Assembly: GCF_032191835.1 (NCBI RefSeq)
Contig: NC_083237.1
Location: forward strand, 10,416,001-10,480,000
DNA from: Heteronotia binoei
Taxonomy: Eukaryota
Reading direction: 5' to 3'
Length of the DNA: 64,000 nucleotides
The notes beneath the pieces were generated by a model. It did not search any database, was not told the DNA's origin, and saw only the letters and a list, made by a program, of their open reading frames with translations. The position numbers and the translations under genes are program-made. Of this stretch, positions 58,988 through 64,000 are shown one piece after another; positions within the stretch are counted from its first letter, which is position 1; every line of letters starts with the position of its first letter.

Positions 58988-61900
58988 AGGGTTTGGCTCA
59001 GGGGCTGTTCTGAACCCTGAAGCAAATAAAACCATCTTTTTTTTGGGGGGGGGTTGGGCCCACCCTAATATCTAGTGCTTAAAATTATGTATTCCTTTCT
59101 GCTTGACACAATCCAGACACATTATTAGTGACAGGCCAGAAGCAGAAATGCTGGGAAAGAATATTTGTGTTGTTTGATGATGGGGATTTCTCTAAACTGC
59201 ACCTCTGGAAACTGAGTGAATGAGACAGATGTTATTGTTTTGGGGTATATATATATATATATATATATATATAACAGATTTGTTATGTTTCTTATGATAT
59301 GCTGGTAAAAATAATGTTGACAGGTAAAATGAAAAATCTAAACATGTTAAGCAGTACATTTTAATGTATTGTTTTCTGAACACCTGATGTTAACATTGCT
59401 TCCTGTCAGGGCTTTTTTTGAGCAGGAACATACAGGAGCCTAGTTCCGGCTGGCTTGGGATCAGAGGGTGTGGCCTAATATGCAAATGAGTTCCTGCGGG
59501 GTTTCTTTTTCAAAAAACCCTGTGCAAAACAACGGTGATGTCAGGGGGGTATGGCCTAATATTTAAATGAGTTCCTGCTGAGTTTCTTCTACAAAAAACT
59601 GTGCAAAATAATGGTGATGTCAGGAGGTATGGCCTAATATGCAAATGAGTTCCTGCTGGGCTTTTTCTACAAAAAAGCCCTTCTTCCTATGATTGTATGA
59701 TTAAATTGGGATGCAACCATATCTGTATAGTACTTCCCAAGAGAAGCAATATACTGATCTTGTAACAGTAAAATAAGATGATAATTTAAAAAGCATAAAT
59801 AAACTTAGTGATTTTTCACATACATTCCTGGGGGCAGGAACGAAGTCTTCTGAATTCTTCCACTTTCTGGGGAAACCAGACAAATCATACTACTCTATTT
59901 TGTAGATGTCCTGTATTTTAAACTCTGTGTGTGTGTGTGTGAAATGATTCTCACTATATAATCTGTTTTGGTGTTTGTATCCTTTCACTTAGAAGAAATA
60001 CCCTAATTTGCAGCTAGGGAGTCATAATTTCTCTGACAATCCTCAGTGATCAATAAATGATTTTGTAATTTTTTAATGTTTTGTGGGGCATTTCAAAAGA
60101 TATCTAAAAACGTTCAAGGGATTTGGTGATCGTTGAAAAGATGTAGATTGTTGGAAGACTCTGAGGCATAAGAAAGGAATTCAAAATAGGCAAGATGAAG
60201 ACTGAGAGCCCAAGCTAACTTTCCACTGGAATATGTCAATCACTATTCGCTTTCATGCTTACTTCAATAATGCAGGAAGGTGGCATAGTATAGCCTGATC
60301 TCATCAGATCATGGAAACTAAGAGGGCTGGTAATTGATTGGGAGACCACTAAGGAAAACTCTGCAGATGAAGGCAATGAAAAACCATTTCTGTCTCTCAC
60401 AGGCCTTGAAAGGGCCTCGTTGAGGTCACCATAAAATGATTGCAACTTGACGGCATCTGCATACGTACGTATTCTCAGTGAAGTAGACACTGTGTACAAA
60501 AATCAGAACAAAGTCCAAATGTATGCATTAAACTCAGTTTTACTTAAGACTGGTATAAAGAATCAAGGAGTATTCCAAGTCTTCTTTTTTCCCCTGTGGG
60601 TTTCTGCTCACACACAGGTGCTAGTGGGTAGGCAAGATGAACACTCTGGGCAATAACCCTATATCTGAATTTCTCCAAAAGAATCACTCGTTTTCTTTGT
60701 CATCACCCACACGGAAACCCGTGTTGAGAGGTGTCAGAGCCCCATCTCCTTCACCTCATATGTTGCTCAACTAATAAATATTGGGGAGATGCACCAAGGA
60801 GGTGCTTCCTGAGAATTTGTAGCAGTAAAATAAAGAGCAAAGAATGTAGCAGTTCTTCCCATACATTCTGGAGGGGTGCAGGGAGGAAATACTCGGGCAA
60901 AGTAGTCCAGAGAGCTTCTGAAGCAGAGGTGGATGGCCATCAGGGCAACAGTGACACTGCTTTGAACCTATGGCTATTCATTTCCATGAATATGCACACT
61001 TTATATGAGGTCCAAATCTTGGACCAAGTATTCCCCGGGCAGAAGGGCCCAATGATAATTCCAGGTGCACATGTGTATCAGCTCTTGACATGTTGAAAGG
61101 GCACAGTCCTATAATAAAGCTACATACATGTAGGCCAATTGGGTAATAATTCCCCATTTTTTCCTATATGTGCAGTTCCTTTACATAAATTATATTATTT
61201 TTTGTGGGTTTGGACCAGTCTTCCAGGAGATGATATTTGGTTGAACCCCTGACAAACAGGCAAGACTGCATGATCTGGAGATAGCAAGAGAGGCAGATAT
61301 AGAAAGTAGCAGTAACACACACAAGTGTGCCTAAACACAGCAATTTCATGTTGGTGTGCAGCTGACCGGTGGGGAAGCCCCCTCCCATGTTGACATGATT
61401 GGTGCCTCCAAACAGCCCCCTCCCATGTTGACATGATTGGTGCAATTATGTCACCTGGAAGTGATGTCAGGCACATTGTACACTAACGCTCTAGCATTTT
61501 GGCCAACGGTTTTTGGTTACCATAGAGCTTTGGGTCAAAATGCTAGAGTGTCCACACACAACATGCCCGGCATGATGATGTCACTTCCAGATGATCTCAT
61601 CATACCAGGTGCACAAAGCACATGTGCAAGAACATCCCAGAATAGACCTGGGAGCTCCCTGCTAGAAGTCAAGGAAGACCTGGCAACCCTATATAGCTTT
61701 CAGTTTTTTAACTCAGCTTTGAAACATACTTAGTGGTTTTGTAATTGTTCAGTTTTTATTTGATCTCTAGGATGAAAAGCTTAAAATACACAAGGCAGAC
61801 CTTCTGAAACAAAATAATTCTCCCTGCTACAACTAATCTCAGGTGTGCTTGATAAATCAGGCTCACGGGTTCATCAATCTGAATTAGCATGGAAGAAACT

Positions 61901-62566
61901 GACTTTTGGAAAGACATTCCCATGAGTAACTGCTAGCAAGTGAAGAGACTGGAGACTTACTGAGTCAAACCCACTTTTAATAGCATGGGTGATGTTAAAA
62001 GCTTGTGGGCACTTAACAGTTTTACAGAGCCATTGAGTGCTCAGCTGAAAAGAATCCCTCAAATGACTTCATTTCTAAAAAGGATTTTGCTTTCTTCTCC
62101 ATCTGGTTTACAAAAAACGGACAGGGACAAATGAAGGCTGTTCTTAGCATTCAGTATTGATAGTCTCTAGCCAATGCTTCTTCAGATTGTGCTGAAAACA
62201 GGTTGAAGACCAGGTGAAGAGCACAGCATCATGCAAAAATCTGTACAATCCCAATATTGTGGTGGAATTATTTCATCATAATCACATTGTGGAAATTTCT
62301 ATCCATAGTGACATGATGAAGATCACTTTTTAAAGTATCCCCACCAGCATCTTTTCCTAACCCACTCTTCAGAATCATCGAGAATAATTTCTTGCTATTG
62401 GAATAAATAGGTAATTATTCTCCTTTGATGATTGAAGTGTAATGATGAATTAAGCATGTGGGAGGGGAAAATGTTGTCACATCTGCTTGAATTGCCATTT
62501 ATAGGTAGTCAAGCTCTTTCATTCCAAAGTGAGTATTTGTTAACCTTTTCATCTTGTTGGTAGTAG

Positions 62567-62900
62567 AAAGTGCCATCAAGTAACAGCTGAGTTAGAACAA
62601 CTCCTGATGGGGTTTTCAAGGCAAGAGACGGACATAGGTGCTTGGCTTATTGCCTGCCTCTTTGTAGCAATGCTGGACTTCGTCTGTGGTCTCCTACTCA
62701 AGAGTTAACCCAGGCTGATCCAGCTTAGGTTATGACAGGGTGGTCAACGGTAGCTCTCCAGATGTGTTTTGCCTATAACTCCCATCAGCCCCAGTCATTG
62801 GCCGTGCTGGTTGGGCCTGATGGGAGTTGTAGGCAAAAAAAAAATCTGGAGAGCTACCGTAGGCCACCCCTGGGTTATGAGATCTGATGAGCTCAGGTTG
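62567..62900 (-). mobile_element. Old 5S-derived SINE interrupted by a hAT MITE
   Basis: 5S-like CCTGAGCTCATCAGATCTC...CTAAGC...GGAGACCAC on the minus strand. Confidence 0.6.
62736..62872. mobile_element. 137-bp palindromic hAT MITE with perfect 8-bp TSD
   Basis: CAGGG...CCCTG termini; GGTTATGA at 62728-62735 and 62873-62880. Confidence 0.9.
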
Positions 62901-62984
62901 AGGCACTTTCCGTCTTACTGTTCCTCAAATGGGCTCAGAGTGCTGTCCCTTTCCTTTACTCCTCAGTCATTTTATCTGTGCAGC

Positions 62985-62989
62985 AGCCC

Positions 62990-63024
<35 letters not shown>

Positions 63025-63103
63025 TTGGCCGCTGTGTGACACAGAATGTTGGACTGGATGGGCCATTGGCCTGATCTAACATGGCTTCTCTTATGTTCTT
63101 ATG
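62985..63103 (+). mobile_element. CR1 3' end with internal (TG)n
   Basis: TGTGACACAGAATGTTGGACTGGATGGGCCATTGGCCTGATC...CTTATGTTCTTATG. Confidence 0.8.
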
Positions 63104-63162
63104 CTTTCCGTTTGAATGAAAGAAAGTGCAGGGCTCAGAGTAGCCCAAGGAGTTTAATGGAT

Positions 63163-63376
63163 GAACATATGAACATATGAAGCTGCCTTATACCAAATCA
63201 GACCTTTGGTCCTTCAAAGTCAGTATTGTCTTCTCAGACTGGCAGCGGCTCTCCAGGGTCTCAAGCTGAGGTTTTTCACACCTATTTGCCTGGACCCTTT
63301 TTTGGAGATGCCAGGGATTGAACCTGGGACCTTCTGCTTCCCAAGCAGATGCTCTACCACTGAGCCACCGTCCCTG
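63163..63376 (-). mobile_element. tRNA-derived SINE, near full length
   Basis: Reverse complement of the 386-602 family. Confidence 0.85.
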
Positions 63377-63614
63377 TGGAGTCTCAATCTCTCTCTTCCA
63401 ACTTTGTCTTCAGCATAATGACAACTTCAGCATAATGACAACTTACTGCACTATTTCATTGCATTTTTCTTTGTTGTAGTTGTTTTAAAAAGCCTATATT
63501 CTGGATATTCCAATAAATTGGAAATTATAAATTTCTTGATTATATATATTGGCCTAATACTAGGCCAATATATATATTATACTATATTATATATATTGGC
63601 CTAATACTAGGTAA

Positions 63615-63832
63615 GAACCCTGTGGCGTAGAGTTCAAGCTCTGCTCACAACCTGAGTTTGATCCCGGCAGAAGCTGGGTTCAGATAGCCAGCTCGAAGCT
63701 GACTCAGCCTGCCATCCTCCGATGTCAGTAAAATGAGTACCCAGTTTGCTTGGGTTGAAGTGTAGATGACTGGGGAAGGCAATGGCAAACCACCCCATTA
63801 AAAAGTCTGCCAAGAAAACGTCATGATGTGGC
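63615..63832 (+). mobile_element. Sauria SINE truncated by a CAGTG-type MITE-like element (63833 to window end)
   Basis: Sauria body on +; abrupt switch to CAGTGTTCCCTC... Confidence 0.7.
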
Positions 63833-64000
63833 CAGTGTTCCCTCAAAGCTGAGTTGGTGTGAGCTAGCTCACAGATTTTTAGCCTCCAGCTCAAACATTT
63901 TTTTTTATTAGCTCAGGAAAAATGGCCACAGAGCATAATAATTTATGCAGCAGCTCACAACTTTAATGTCAGTAGCTCACAACATAGAATTTTTCTTCAC

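Overview
Squamate genomic DNA (probably a gecko, inferred from Sauria-, Squam3-like and 5S-derived SINEs). The window holds six single-coding-exon class II (OR6-like) olfactory receptor genes, all on +. The last three lie in an 11-13 kb tandem triplication whose middle gene looks like a recombinant of its neighbours. There is a dense load of SINEs, CR1/L2 LINE fragments and hAT-type MITEs, plus three N gaps. The standout is a 7.04-kb, very young Ngaro-type tyrosine-recombinase retrotransposon (3003-10046) with identical split direct repeats (A1...B1-A2-spacer-B2), gag, RT/RNase H, tyrosine recombinase and an SGNH-hydrolase ORF. The hydrolase's catalytic Ser lies upstream of its first ATG and directly behind a strong splice acceptor. 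A phase-matched donor inside gag predicts a 336-aa spliced Gag-N/SGNH fusion that resembles LINE esterase-type ORF1p. The element also carries an old tRNA-SINE in its leader, was integrated through a 2-nt AA core into another SINE, and sits just upstream of the first OR coding exon. All calls come from reading the sequence; no database search or expression data were available.
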